Of a stretch of DNA of 64,000 nt, positions 43,790 through 54,052 are shown one piece after another (position 1 is the stretch's first letter; each line of letters opens with the position of its first letter). The position numbers and the translations under genes are program-made. Origin of the DNA: Minisyncoccota bacterium. GTDB lineage: Bacteria; Patescibacteriota; Minisyncoccia; Phycocordibacterales; JABAAK01. The notes under the pieces were generated by a model. The model was not told where the DNA came from and searched no databases. It saw only the letters and a program-made list of their open reading frames with translations. The stretch spans positions 125,810 to 189,809 of the forward strand of contig OY282360.1 of assembly GCA_958295675.1 (NCBI GenBank), in the 5' to 3' direction.

Positions 43790-45415
43790 ATGTCTATGGC
43801 TACTAATAAAGAGAAGGATAGGGAAGAATATACTAAGAAGATATTAGATAGTGATTCTAATAAGAAAGTTATTGTTGCAGGACCTGGAACCGGGAAAACT
43901 TTTACCTTTGGTGAATACCTGAAAAAAATTCCTGGAAATAGAGAAAATAAAATTGTGATGACTTTTATCAATCCACTTGTTGATGATTTAAACTCTGATT
44001 TGGGGGAGAAGGCAATTGTTAGAACTTTTGATGGTTTTGTAAAAAAGGAATGCGAGGAACACAATCTGATAAAAAGCGATGAGCAGTACTTTTTAGGTGC
44101 AAACAAAATAATTTCCGAGGACCATGATTACATTTTTGGTACAAAGAAAGATTTTTCACATCTTTTCAATACTTTAGATATAGAAAATGAGTCAGAAGAT
44201 ATTCAGAATTTCGTGAAAAAGCAAAATGAGTTTTATAAATTTGTTGATCCGTCTGTCATTAAGTATCGGTTATATGACCACTTTAATAAGCACCAGCATG
44301 AGATACCAAGGTATGATGTTGTTATCATAGATGAATTTCAAGATTTCAACAAATTAGAGGCGAAAATTGTTGTGGAACATCTTTCAAAAAATATTTTATT
44401 GGCAGGTGATGATGACCAAGTCCTCTTTGAATTTAAGGGTTCAAATCCAGATTGTATAAGGGAATTATTCAACAAGGAAAATGATTACGAATCTTTTACA
44501 CTACCCTATTGTTCCCGATGTCCCGCCTCTGTCGTCAAGTTTGTTAATAGAATTATTGAGTACAGTAAAAAACATACTATTTTTCCGGCAGATCGTTGTG
44601 ACAAGCAATATCTACCATTTAGGGAAGAAGAAATAAGCAGTGTGAAATTTGTTCCGTATGGTATGGGGTCAATGTTTCCTATAGAACGAGAATTGAAAGA
44701 CATCAGAGATAGGAATGCGAGTGTTTTAATATTACATCCATATGGTGCAACAAATGAGGCAGAGCGGTTGTATGAGTACCTAACGCTGAGAGGGTTTAAG
44801 GTGAATAGAAAAAAGAAAGAAGTAAAGAAGAAAGTGTTTGAGGCGTTGGATACATTATCCAATGATCAGAGATCAAACCTTGGTTGGAGAATTATCTTAC
44901 CATTTCTTTTTTCTAAAAGTGAGGTTAAAAAAATGATTAAGCGGTGCTATGACGAAAATAAAAATATTTTTGATATTGTAGAAATTGAGTACAAACAAAA
45001 AGTTAAAGATGTTATTACGGTCATTCAACATTTTAAATCATCAAAAACAAAAACCCCCACAACAGGACAGAGTGATACATTATTAAAACTGTTTAATATG
45101 GAAGCATCAAAAATAGGAATATCAGATGATCGAAAAAACAAAATCAGAGAGATGAAGAGAAAATACTTGGGATACAAGTTAAATAATACATTGACTATAG
45201 AAATGTGTAACATAGGGAATTCAAAAGGATTATCTGCAGATTATGTTTTCATTTATCCATTTTCAAAACAACATTTTAAGTTGCAATATCCGCAGGATAT
45301 CTATAATATTGTCGTTGCTTTGACACGAACAAAGAAAAAACTACTGATATTTGAACCAGAAGAAAATTCACAGCAATCGGCAGTAAAAGATTTATATGAA
45401 GAATCCGCCGAGTAA
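43790..45415 (+). CDS. UvrD/SF1 helicase (GajB-sized)
   Basis: AGPGTGKT, IDEFQD, GDDDQ, SKGL, VALTR; AT-rich. Confidence 0.9.
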   Translation: MSMATNKEKDREEYTKKILDSDSNKKVIVAGPGTGKTFTFGEYLKKIPGNRENKIVMTFINPLVDDLNSDLGEKAIVRTFDGFVKKECEEHNLIKSDEQYFLGANKIISEDHDYIFGTKKDFSHLFNTLDIENESEDIQNFVKKQNEFYKFVDPSVIKYRLYDHFNKHQHEIPRYDVVIIDEFQDFNKLEAKIVVEHLSKNILLAGDDDQVLFEFKGSNPDCIRELFNKENDYESFTLPYCSRCPASVVKFVNRIIEYSKKHTIFPADRCDKQYLPFREEEISSVKFVPYGMGSMFPIERELKDIRDRNASVLILHPYGATNEAERLYEYLTLRGFKVNRKKKEVKKKVFEALDTLSNDQRSNLGWRIILPFLFSKSEVKKMIKRCYDENKNIFDIVEIEYKQKVKDVITVIQHFKSSKTKTPTTGQSDTLLKLFNMEASKIGISDDRKNKIREMKRKYLGYKLNNTLTIEMCNIGNSKGLSADYVFIYPFSKQHFKLQYPQDIYNIVVALTRTKKKLLIFEPEENSQQSAVKDLYEESAE

Positions 45416-45597
45416 GGGTGTTGGTAAATAAGGATTGGTATTATATTGGTGGTCTAACGATGGGATTTAGAATGGTATACTAACACATATGGAGAATGGC
45501 AAAGACAATAGGCAGGGGAGAGCTGTCAGCAATTCGCTAGAATAAAGGGTGTAGATACCCGATACGGCAAGTTGATTGCATGTGATACCATGAAAGT

Positions 45598-47655
45598 ATG
45601 TCAAAAGGCAGGACAGTAGATATTGCGGACCTGACCAGGTCCTCCGGGAAGTATGATTTAGTCATCTTTTCACGGGAAAGTATTGATAGAGTAGAAAAAA
45701 ATATCTCTGAAAAAGACAAAAAACATGTCATTACCTGTCTGAAACGGGAGAAAGACATACAAGCGAAACCGGAAGAGATAATCCGTCAGCTCATGCTTGA
45801 TAAACTGATATATGAGTATGAATATCCAAAAGATTTGTTGTCGGTGGAGTACGGCGTGAGTTTCGGGCGGGAGAAGAAATCAGCTGACATCGTCATCCTC
45901 AACAAGGCGGACAAGACGAGCGTGTATTGTGTGTTGGAGATTAAAAAACACAACGCAAAAGACGGAAAAGACCAATTGAAGAGTTACACGAACGCAACCG
46001 GCGCACCGCTCGCCGTCTGGACGAACGGAACGGAAATGACCTGTTACGAACGACTGGATCCAAACTACTTTGAGCCGCTGTCAGACCTGCCGAAAGCAGG
46101 AGAGAATATAGACGATGTGAAAAACGAACGGTTCACCTATCTTGACCTAATGCAGAAAGATAGGTTGCAGGAGGAGAGAAAGTCCCTCAAGCAACTCATT
46201 CAGGAAATGGAAGACGAGGTGTTGGCGAATGCGGGAGTGGATGTATTTGAAGAGGTATTCAAATTGATTTTCACAAAACTCTACGACGAGATGGAGAGTG
46301 CTGATGATCGAATACAAATTGAGCGGGAGATGAAGCGGATACACAAAAAAAGCGACAAAGAGTTTCTTGTGGAGGATGCGGTGACCGAAGTAAAGATGGA
46401 CACCTTCGACTTCAGGCAGCTTGAATTCCGAAGCCGTGGTGACGCGCACCACACGAAAGAAGTTATCAATACGCTCTTCAAGAAAGCAAAGAACAAGTGG
46501 CAAGATATATTTGACAAAGGCGAGCCGCTGAAAATAACGGACGAGAATCATCTCCAGATTTGTGTGGGTTTCCTACAGAATGTGAAACTGTTTAACTCCA
46601 ACCTGCAGATAATTGACGAGGCGTTTGAGTATCTGGTCAACAAATCCGCGAAAGGAGAGAAAGGACAATACTTCACCCCGAGAAATGTCATTGATATGGC
46701 GGTGTATATGATAAACCCGAAGGACACGGAGTACATGATTGATACCGCATGCGGTAGTTGCGGTTTCACTATCCACACTCTGTTCAATGTGTGGGAAAAG
46801 ATACGAAGTTCTGGCAAATCACAATTTGCAAACTTCTCCAATCAGCGATTAACACAGGAACAGAAGGACTACATAGATAAAGTGTTCGGTATTGATTTTG
46901 ACGAAAAAACTGTGCGGGTGGCACGGACGCTGAACATGATTGCTGGAGACGGCAGGACGAATGTGCTGTACCTCAACTCCCTTGATTATACACGTTGGGA
47001 GGAGCGGTTGCGGGATGCCGAATGGAGCAGAACCTATTTGCAAGGATACTATCGCCTGCTTGATCTGGCGAAAGACAGAAAAGTGCCGAAAGAGTTCAAC
47101 TTTGACATCGTGATGGCGAATCCTCCATTTGCGGGAGACATTAAAGATGGGCGGATTATATCCAATTACGATATGGCGTTCAATGAGAAAGGTAAAAGAG
47201 TGAACAAAATATCACGGGACATTCTGTTCATAGAGAGAAACCTGGATTTCCTAAAACCGGGCGGACGGATGGCAATCGTTCTCCCTCAAGGTAGGTTCAA
47301 CAACACATCCGACCAGCGAATCAGGGAGTGCATCATGGACAGAGCACGATTGGTAGCCGTTGTCGGACTTGATGTAAACACTTTCAAACCGCACACCGGT
47401 ACCAAGACATCCGTTCTCTTCATTCAGAAGTGGGATGAAAAAATAAACCCAAAGACAGATGACTACCCGATTTTCATGGCGGTCTCCGAAAACTCCGGTA
47501 AAGACAATTCAGGAGACGAGATATACGAGACGGACAGCAAGGGAAACAGAAAACTGGACGAACACAGCCACCTCATCCAAAAGCACGACCTCAGAGATAT
47601 TGCCTTCGCATTTGAGAAGTGGGCGAAGAAGAACAAATTAAGTTTTTGGAAATAG
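45598..47655 (+). CDS. R-M fusion: HsdR_N-type nuclease plus N6-adenine methyltransferase
   Basis: PEE.IRQ...ADIV...EIK...QLKSY; GQYFTPR, D.ACGS.GF, NPPF. Confidence 0.92.
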   Translation: MSKGRTVDIADLTRSSGKYDLVIFSRESIDRVEKNISEKDKKHVITCLKREKDIQAKPEEIIRQLMLDKLIYEYEYPKDLLSVEYGVSFGREKKSADIVILNKADKTSVYCVLEIKKHNAKDGKDQLKSYTNATGAPLAVWTNGTEMTCYERLDPNYFEPLSDLPKAGENIDDVKNERFTYLDLMQKDRLQEERKSLKQLIQEMEDEVLANAGVDVFEEVFKLIFTKLYDEMESADDRIQIEREMKRIHKKSDKEFLVEDAVTEVKMDTFDFRQLEFRSRGDAHHTKEVINTLFKKAKNKWQDIFDKGEPLKITDENHLQICVGFLQNVKLFNSNLQIIDEAFEYLVNKSAKGEKGQYFTPRNVIDMAVYMINPKDTEYMIDTACGSCGFTIHTLFNVWEKIRSSGKSQFANFSNQRLTQEQKDYIDKVFGIDFDEKTVRVARTLNMIAGDGRTNVLYLNSLDYTRWEERLRDAEWSRTYLQGYYRLLDLAKDRKVPKEFNFDIVMANPPFAGDIKDGRIISNYDMAFNEKGKRVNKISRDILFIERNLDFLKPGGRMAIVLPQGRFNNTSDQRIRECIMDRARLVAVVGLDVNTFKPHTGTKTSVLFIQKWDEKINPKTDDYPIFMAVSENSGKDNSGDEIYETDSKGNRKLDEHSHLIQKHDLRDIAFAFEKWAKKNKLSFWK

Positions 47656-47658
47656 CGT

Positions 47659-49485
47659 ATGAAATTTACAAAATTTACAATTAAAAACTTTAAAGGTATT
47701 GAAAACCTTACATTAGATTTCACTAAACATCCTCAAGGTAAGATATTTCCATTAGTGGGATTAAATGAAAGTGGAAAAACAACGATTTTAGAGGCGATTG
47801 ATTTATTTCAGAATGAGATAGAAAATGGACGAGAGCATGAAATGATTCATAAGAGAAAGAAGGGGAAGTTTAATGGTTCTATTGAGATTGCTGCAACCTT
47901 ACAACTGGAAGATCAGGATAAAACTTTTATTAGGAACTTTTTAAGAAGAAAGAGATTGGAAATGCAAGATGATATTGAAGAAATTACAATAACAAAAATA
48001 TATTTTTTTTTAGACTCGGATTATAAAGAATTTCTTTCGGAATGGCATATTCCGCTAATGGTGAAAACAAGCCAGAGGAAAGATTTTATAAATCTGCATA
48101 AGGGGTATAAAGATCATTGGAGTAAATTGGTTAAAGAGATGGAAGATAAATATATTCCTCATATTCTATACTTTGAAAATTTTTTATTTGATTTTCCTGA
48201 GAAAATTTACCTTACCACTCCAGATAATGCAGTAACAGAAACAGATAATCAAACACAAAAAGAATATAGAGAAGTTTTAGATGATATATTAAGCAGTGTA
48301 GATCCTGATTATAATTTCAGAAAACATATTTTACAGAGATTAGAAAGTTCTAGTACTAGTGATAGAGAAGCAGTTACACAAGTATTAAACGAAATGAGTC
48401 AAAAACTTAATGATGTAATTGTTACTCCGTGGAAAAATATTCTAAAAGATTCTGCTGAGATAACTATTGAAGTCAAAAACAGTCAAGATTCAAACGGTCA
48501 TTTTCTTGAATTTAAAATAAAACAAGGTGCAGAAAGTTTTAATATAGGAGAGAGGAGTTTGGGGTTTAAATGGTTTTTTGGTTTTTTGCTTTTCACTGAA
48601 TTTAGAACCCAAAGAAAAGTTGAAAAAGGGGAGTATATATTTTTATTTGATGAACCGGCAAGTAATTTGCATCCTGCTGCTCAGCAGGCGTTATTAAATT
48701 GTTTTACAAACCTTGCTGAAAAATCAAAAATTATTTACTCAACTCACAGTCACTACCTCTTGATACCAAAACTTTTACTCACAGCGTTTGTAGTTATAGA
48801 CAGCGGAAAAAAACAGAATGAGAATGGGGAGATGATTTGGAAAGATTATAGTCAAAATATAACAGCCCAACCATATAGGTATTTTGTTTCCATAACAAGT
48901 GATAGTGATGATATGCATTATCAGCCACTTTTAGACTGCTTGGAATATGTAGAAAACCCTTTTGCAAATAATGATAATATAGTTTTTCTTGAGGGTAAAT
49001 ACGATTATTATATGTTTCAATGGATTAGAGAAAAATTTTTTCTAGGTGAGGATTATAATTTTAATTTTCGTCCAGGTGGGGGTGCCGGAAAATTTGAAAA
49101 TATTTTTTGTGAATATTTAGCGACCAACAAAAAATTTGTTGCAATTTTTGACGCAGATAGCGCAGGGAAAAGAGAAAAAGATCGTTATTTAGATAGTGTA
49201 AGTGTAGAATTGGAAAAAAATATTTTTACACTTGAGGATGTAAAATCATCCTTTAAGGGCTTTCAGATAGAAAAATTATTTTTTGTTAGTAATAAGACGG
49301 ATGATAGGTTGATCATTCAAAAAAAGGTATTTTCAAATGATAAAAGGTACAATAAAGGACGTTTTAACAAGGCAGTTCAAGAAATTTTTATAAACAAGGC
49401 TGAAATCATCCTAACAAGAACAACACAAAAAAACTTCAAAGCAGTTTTTGATTTTATACAACAAAAATTTAATGATCTAAGTTAA
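47659..49485 (+). CDS. OLD-family ABC-ATPase/TOPRIM nuclease
   Basis: GLNESGKTT, S.G, FDEP..NLHP, STHS; TOPRIM LEGKYD...FDAD. Confidence 0.88.
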   Translation: MKFTKFTIKNFKGIENLTLDFTKHPQGKIFPLVGLNESGKTTILEAIDLFQNEIENGREHEMIHKRKKGKFNGSIEIAATLQLEDQDKTFIRNFLRRKRLEMQDDIEEITITKIYFFLDSDYKEFLSEWHIPLMVKTSQRKDFINLHKGYKDHWSKLVKEMEDKYIPHILYFENFLFDFPEKIYLTTPDNAVTETDNQTQKEYREVLDDILSSVDPDYNFRKHILQRLESSSTSDREAVTQVLNEMSQKLNDVIVTPWKNILKDSAEITIEVKNSQDSNGHFLEFKIKQGAESFNIGERSLGFKWFFGFLLFTEFRTQRKVEKGEYIFLFDEPASNLHPAAQQALLNCFTNLAEKSKIIYSTHSHYLLIPKLLLTAFVVIDSGKKQNENGEMIWKDYSQNITAQPYRYFVSITSDSDDMHYQPLLDCLEYVENPFANNDNIVFLEGKYDYYMFQWIREKFFLGEDYNFNFRPGGGAGKFENIFCEYLATNKKFVAIFDADSAGKREKDRYLDSVSVELEKNIFTLEDVKSSFKGFQIEKLFFVSNKTDDRLIIQKKVFSNDKRYNKGRFNKAVQEIFINKAEIILTRTTQKNFKAVFDFIQQKFNDLS

Positions 49486-49490
49486 AATAT

Positions 49491-50837
49491 ATGGCACAGA
49501 TTAGCATAATTAAAAAGAAAGATGTTTTGAAAGGTGGACGGTTAGATGCCGAGTATTTTAAATCGGAGTATTTGGAAGTCGAGAATAAAATAAAAAGTTG
49601 GGGATATAAAACCATATCGGATTTGGCAGGAGGGTGTGTCAATTATGGACTGAATGTTGACCCTTTTTATACAGATGTAGGTATAAAGTTCATAAGAGCG
49701 CAGAATTTGAAGGAATTTGGTTTTGAGGGAGAGATTTTAAACATTCCATATTCAAAAGAGGATCTGTCCGAAAGAGAATTATTACAAACAGGAGATCTGA
49801 TGATAGTTAGAAGCGGTGCTAATGTCGGAGACATAGGAATAATAACCGACGAGTTCAAAGAGTCATCCTTTGGTTCCTATATTATTAAGTTTGATGTAAA
49901 AGATCATATTAATCCCTACTTTGTCTATATCTTTCTAAAAACGAAATATGGAAGATTGCAGACAGTAAGGTTCAGAAGCGGTGCTGCCCAGCCAAACATA
50001 AGTATTCCAAACTTAAATAAAATTTTGGTACCAATCTTAAATTCAAAATTCCAGAAAGATATAGAAAATGATTTCTTCAAGGCAAAAGAAAAACAAGAGA
50101 AAGCAAAAACTTTATATAAAAAAGCAGAAAAAATTCTTTTAGAAGAGTTTGGGTTGATAGGATATAAAACAGAACACGCTCTTACTTTTGAAGTGAAAAG
50201 AAAAGATATTGAAAGTGTAAAGAGATTTGATGCCGAATACTTCCAACCAAAGTATGAGGATATAATTAAAAAGATTCATGGATATAAAATGGGTTTTGCT
50301 AATGCAGAGGATATATTAATTTTCAACAAAAAGAATTTTTTTCCGAAGGAGGATGTGCTCTATAATTATCTTCCGCTGTCAAAGGTGTCAGGTGTGGGTG
50401 ATATAGATGTTTCTGAAAGAGAGTTAGGGAGAAATCTACCAACACGAGCAAGAAGAAGAGTACAGGCAGGTGAGGTGATATTATCTTCTATTAAGGGTAG
50501 CTTGGAATCTTCGGCACTGATACAGCAGGAGCATAATAACATGATTGTTTCTACAGGATTTTATGTTTTTCATTCAAACAAGATAAACTCGGAAACACTT
50601 TTGATTTTGTTTAAATCAAGATTCATGCTTGAATTATTGGAAAGAATATCAAAAGGTGCAATTCTCGGTGGGTATGATTTAGAGAGTTTTGAAAAAATAA
50701 AAATTCCACTCGTTAGGCAAAAGATCCAAAAACAAATCGCCGAAAAAATACAAGAGAGTCATAAATTGCGCAAAGAAAGCAAGAAGATGCTTGAATCAGC
50801 AAAAAAGAAAGTTGAAGAAGAGATAGAGAAAGCATAG
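49491..50837 (+). CDS. hsdS: Restriction-modification specificity (S) subunit
   Basis: Two RLDAEYF/RFDAEYF repeats, GAAQPNI, two TRDs, IP...Q..I helices. Confidence 0.88.
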   Translation: MAQISIIKKKDVLKGGRLDAEYFKSEYLEVENKIKSWGYKTISDLAGGCVNYGLNVDPFYTDVGIKFIRAQNLKEFGFEGEILNIPYSKEDLSERELLQTGDLMIVRSGANVGDIGIITDEFKESSFGSYIIKFDVKDHINPYFVYIFLKTKYGRLQTVRFRSGAAQPNISIPNLNKILVPILNSKFQKDIENDFFKAKEKQEKAKTLYKKAEKILLEEFGLIGYKTEHALTFEVKRKDIESVKRFDAEYFQPKYEDIIKKIHGYKMGFANAEDILIFNKKNFFPKEDVLYNYLPLSKVSGVGDIDVSERELGRNLPTRARRRVQAGEVILSSIKGSLESSALIQQEHNNMIVSTGFYVFHSNKINSETLLILFKSRFMLELLERISKGAILGGYDLESFEKIKIPLVRQKIQKQIAEKIQESHKLRKESKKMLESAKKKVEEEIEKA

Positions 50838-50882
50838 AGACAACCCAAATCCTGTTCAGCGAGGTGAATTAAGCGAAAATTC

Positions 50883-50907
50883 AACAGTCAAGAATTTCTT
50901 GACAGTT
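50883..50907. repeat. 25-bp palindrome A1 (RhuM-motif site)
   Basis: AACAGTCAAGAA-T-TTCTTGACAGTT; context reads GELSENSTVKNFLTVQK. Confidence 0.85.
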
Positions 50908-50955
50908 CAAAAAGGATGCGGTGCGTAGGATTCGTTTGCACTTAAAATAAGAGCC

Positions 50956-50980
50956 AACTTGTGCAAAATTTACACAAGTT
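50956..50980. repeat. 25-bp palindrome B1
   Basis: AACTTGTGCAAA-A-TTTACACAAGTT; reads EPTCAKFTQVQKE. Confidence 0.85.
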
Positions 50981-51089
50981 CAAAAAGAAAGAGCAAATGA
51001 GTTGGAATCCGGTGAGGATAGAAGTAATCTATGAGTATAAACAATGTCTTAATCCTTCTTATCGTACCTTTAAACGGTATAGTGTAAAT

Positions 51090-51578
51090 ATGAGACATTC
51101 ATACACCACAGCAGATTTTATTCCTCTGATAGCGGTGGTTTTGTGTGTTACTGCCGCAACACTGCTCACCGGTGCATATACAGGTGCCGAGGGAATTAGG
51201 TGGATAGCATTGTTCATGGGATTTTTCTTCCTGGTGTTCGGTCTGTTCAAGGCATGGAACTTGCGGGGATTTGCGGAAGCATACCGCATGTACGACCTCA
51301 TTGCAATGCGCAGTCGGTTCTATGCACACCTATATCCGTTCATTGAACTGATGCTCGGAATACTGTATATCGGCGGCTGGTACCTGTTTGCCACCAACAT
51401 CACCACGCTCATTGTTATGACAGTATCAGCGGCAGGTGTGTTCATACAGCTGCGTAAGAGGGAAGAGATACCGTGTGCATGTCTCGGCACGGTATTCGTC
51501 ATCCCGATGACCTGGATCACGCTCGGGGAAGATCTCCTGATGGCAGGCATGGCGGCGGTGATGTTGGTTTTGTTATGA
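51090..51578 (+). CDS. MauE/DoxX-family membrane protein
   Basis: FMG.FF..FG.FK, F..AY.MYD, YPFIEL, CACLG, EDL.M. Confidence 0.88.
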   Translation: MRHSYTTADFIPLIAVVLCVTAATLLTGAYTGAEGIRWIALFMGFFFLVFGLFKAWNLRGFAEAYRMYDLIAMRSRFYAHLYPFIELMLGILYIGGWYLFATNITTLIVMTVSAAGVFIQLRKREEIPCACLGTVFVIPMTWITLGEDLLMAGMAAVMLVLL

Positions 51579-51616
51579 GCGATTTAGGTAAGCAATTCTT
51601 TGATTTTAGAAGAGTC

Positions 51617-51641
51617 AACTTGTGCAAAATTTGCACAAGTT
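51617..51641. repeat. 25-bp palindrome B2
   Basis: AACTTGTGCAAA-A-TTTGCACAAGTT, perfect; reads LEESTCAKFAQVQKEGNRDVS. Confidence 0.9.
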
Positions 51642-51722
51642 CAAAAAGAAGGAAATAGAGATGTTAGTAGTGTCGGTATAACGCTTGCGGTATTAGTACT
51701 CAGAAATCATTTTTTCTTTGTG

Positions 51723-52949
51723 CTATTTTCTGTAGGTAAATTTGTGCAATGATTTAATAATAAAGTACCAGCAGAGTACCAAGAGTATATAGTACGCAGT
51801 AAAAAGCAATTGTTTTAGCCAATTTGGAGAATTAACAAGCTTTTCAAGATTTTCTATGTTTTCAAACATGAAATGAGGAAGTGTAGGAAATAGGAGCGAA
51901 AGATTAAAAGAACAAGTCATGAATGATACTATAGAAAATAAAACAAGGAGTATCACTAATGGTTTTGTATAATTCAATCCTCCTCCGAAAAACTTGGAAA
52001 TATATATTATAAGTTTTTCCAAGAATGATAATCTTTTCATCTTTAACTCTTGCTGTAGATATTTCTGATGCGCGAATAATGCCTGTATCTGATCATCTCT
52101 TTCTTTTTGAAACATTTTTATTATTTTGAAGAAATATCGTTTTGATTCCGGCGTATGATTTTCATTATTTGGATCTATATCCATTTTTTCAGAAAAATAA
52201 ATATCATGTATACCATTCTTTTCTTGTCCAAGATAATTAGCAATTTGATAAATATCTGTTATTTTATTGATGACGCTTTCTCCTAAAAATTCCACAAGTG
52301 GACATTGTCCAAACCTAAAATCAGTTTCTGAAATTGTACAATTTTCAAACGCCAATCTTACCGTTGCTGTTGTATTTTTCAACTTAGCAATATTCTTATT
52401 CTTTATAACTTCATTACGAAAAGTACAGTTTAAGAAACTAATATCTCTTCCATTATTACCTTCTTTATTAATTTCTTTGAAAAACTTCTCATGTATTTCA
52501 TGAGAGACAGTATTTAAATGTGAAATTTCTCCAGTGATACAGTTGTCTTTAAATTCAATACAGCCATTATAATTTTCAATCCTTTCCGCATTAAAATTTT
52601 CAATATCATTGTTTTTGATACGAAACTTGACTACTTGATAACGCCCGTTTCTTTTTTTATAAAGAAATCTACAGTATGTATTTTGTTTTTTAAAATGATC
52701 ATCAAAATAGACATTGGAAATTTTCTTTTTTTCTATTGTCAAATAACCGGTTCGTGTATCAAATTTGCCTCTCTCTCTTAGAATAAAAAAGGGCTCGCTA
52801 GGCATGCCACCCAAAAGACTTTTGTGTATCTCTTTACCATTTGTATCTTGAATACGAAGGTGAGGGCTAGAAATTAAAAAGAAACCGTGATTTTTCTCAT
52901 CAAAAAGAGATCTAATATGTTCAATAATATTTATACGATTATCTGTCAT
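51723..52949 (-). CDS. AT-rich hypothetical protein with C-terminal two-TM region
   Basis: 408-aa ORF; F.NC repeats; SKFFGGGLNYTKPL then TM helices. Confidence 0.75.
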   Translation of the reverse strand: MTDNRINIIEHIRSLFDEKNHGFFLISSPHLRIQDTNGKEIHKSLLGGMPSEPFFILRERGKFDTRTGYLTIEKKKISNVYFDDHFKKQNTYCRFLYKKRNGRYQVVKFRIKNNDIENFNAERIENYNGCIEFKDNCITGEISHLNTVSHEIHEKFFKEINKEGNNGRDISFLNCTFRNEVIKNKNIAKLKNTTATVRLAFENCTISETDFRFGQCPLVEFLGESVINKITDIYQIANYLGQEKNGIHDIYFSEKMDIDPNNENHTPESKRYFFKIIKMFQKERDDQIQALFAHQKYLQQELKMKRLSFLEKLIIYISKFFGGGLNYTKPLVILLVLFSIVSFMTCSFNLSLLFPTLPHFMFENIENLEKLVNSPNWLKQLLFTAYYILLVLCWYFIIKSLHKFTYRK

Positions 52950-53020
52950 GTTTTATATTTTTCCTGTTCCTATTCATAGGATTATTTAGTATACAGCCTT
53001 TCTTTACGACAGCAAATCTA

Positions 53021-53122
53021 TCAAAAATAATACGCCCTGATTGCATCCACGCATGTGTTCCATCTCTCCTCGCCTAATTTTTTCGTTGTTTTTCCGTATT
53101 TCAGATTTTCTCTCGGGAACAG
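53021..53122 (-). pseudogene. 102-bp copy of the 3' end of the toxin gene at 55921-56022
   Basis: 100/102 identical; both differences silent (TAA/TGA stop, GGT/GGC). Confidence 0.9.
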
Positions 53123-53201
53123 AGAGTATTATTTGATGCTAGAATTTATTTTTTGTAGATTTGGCACTGTGCATTTCTAATTAAGGTGTATACTGAAATA
53201 T

Positions 53202-54038
53202 ATGGCCACCAAGACCCGATACAAAGGTCCGCGCATCAAGATGAAAGAGAAAGAGGTACCTCATTACTTTAATTATGAGGATATTTATATTTATCAGGGT
53301 AATATTTTAGATGTGCCACATATTAAAAAATCATCTGTTGATTTGATCATAACCTCACCACCATACAATGTGGATATCAGTTATAATTCACATAAGGATG
53401 ATTCAACGTATGAGGATTATTTGAAGTTTACAGAAAAATGGTTGGAAAAATGTTACGACTTAGCAAACGATGCCGGACGATTTTGTCTCAATATCCCATT
53501 AGATAAAAATAAAGGCGGGCAACAGTCAGTGTGTGCTGATATCACCAGTATTGCTAAACAAATTGGTTGGAAATATCATTCAACAATTATTTGGAATGAA
53601 GGAAATATATCGCGTCGGACAGCATGGGGTTCTTGGTTGTCTGCGTCTGCTCCCTATGTTATCGCTCCGGTAGAAGTCATCGTTATTTTGTATAAAAATG
53701 AATGGAAGAAGGAAAAAAATGAAAAAGAGAATGACATTACCAAACAAGAATTTATGGATTGGACTAATGGAGTGTGGACATTCTCTGGTCAAAGTAAAAA
53801 AGGAGCCGGCGGGCATCCAGCTGCCTTTCCGCTTGAATTACCTCGCCGATGTGTTAAATTATTCAGTTTTGTTGGTGACACTGTTTTTGATCCGTTTTTG
53901 GGAAGTGGTTCAACCCTTATAGCAGCGCGCTTACATAATAGAAAGAGTATTGGGGTTGATATTGATAAAGAGTACTGTGATATAGCCATTGAAAGATTGC
54001 GCAAAGAGGCAAATATTGATCAAGGTAATTTATTTTAA
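53202..54038 (+). CDS. N4/N6 DNA methyltransferase (beta class)
   Basis: TSPPY, HPA.FP, DPFLGSGST. Confidence 0.93.
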   Translation: MATKTRYKGPRIKMKEKEVPHYFNYEDIYIYQGNILDVPHIKKSSVDLIITSPPYNVDISYNSHKDDSTYEDYLKFTEKWLEKCYDLANDAGRFCLNIPLDKNKGGQQSVCADITSIAKQIGWKYHSTIIWNEGNISRRTAWGSWLSASAPYVIAPVEVIVILYKNEWKKEKNEKENDITKQEFMDWTNGVWTFSGQSKKGAGGHPAAFPLELPRRCVKLFSFVGDTVFDPFLGSGSTLIAARLHNRKSIGVDIDKEYCDIAIERLRKEANIDQGNLF

Positions 54039-54052
54039 TCTCTTTACAATGT

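Noticed and set aside
45489-45545. 18-aa ORF MENGKDNRQGRAVSNSLE with -10 box
   Set aside because: Probably the truncated start of a lost gene; too short to support a call.
50961-51089. N-terminal extension of the MauE ORF
   Set aside because: Runs through palindrome B1; ATG 51090 has its own -10 box.
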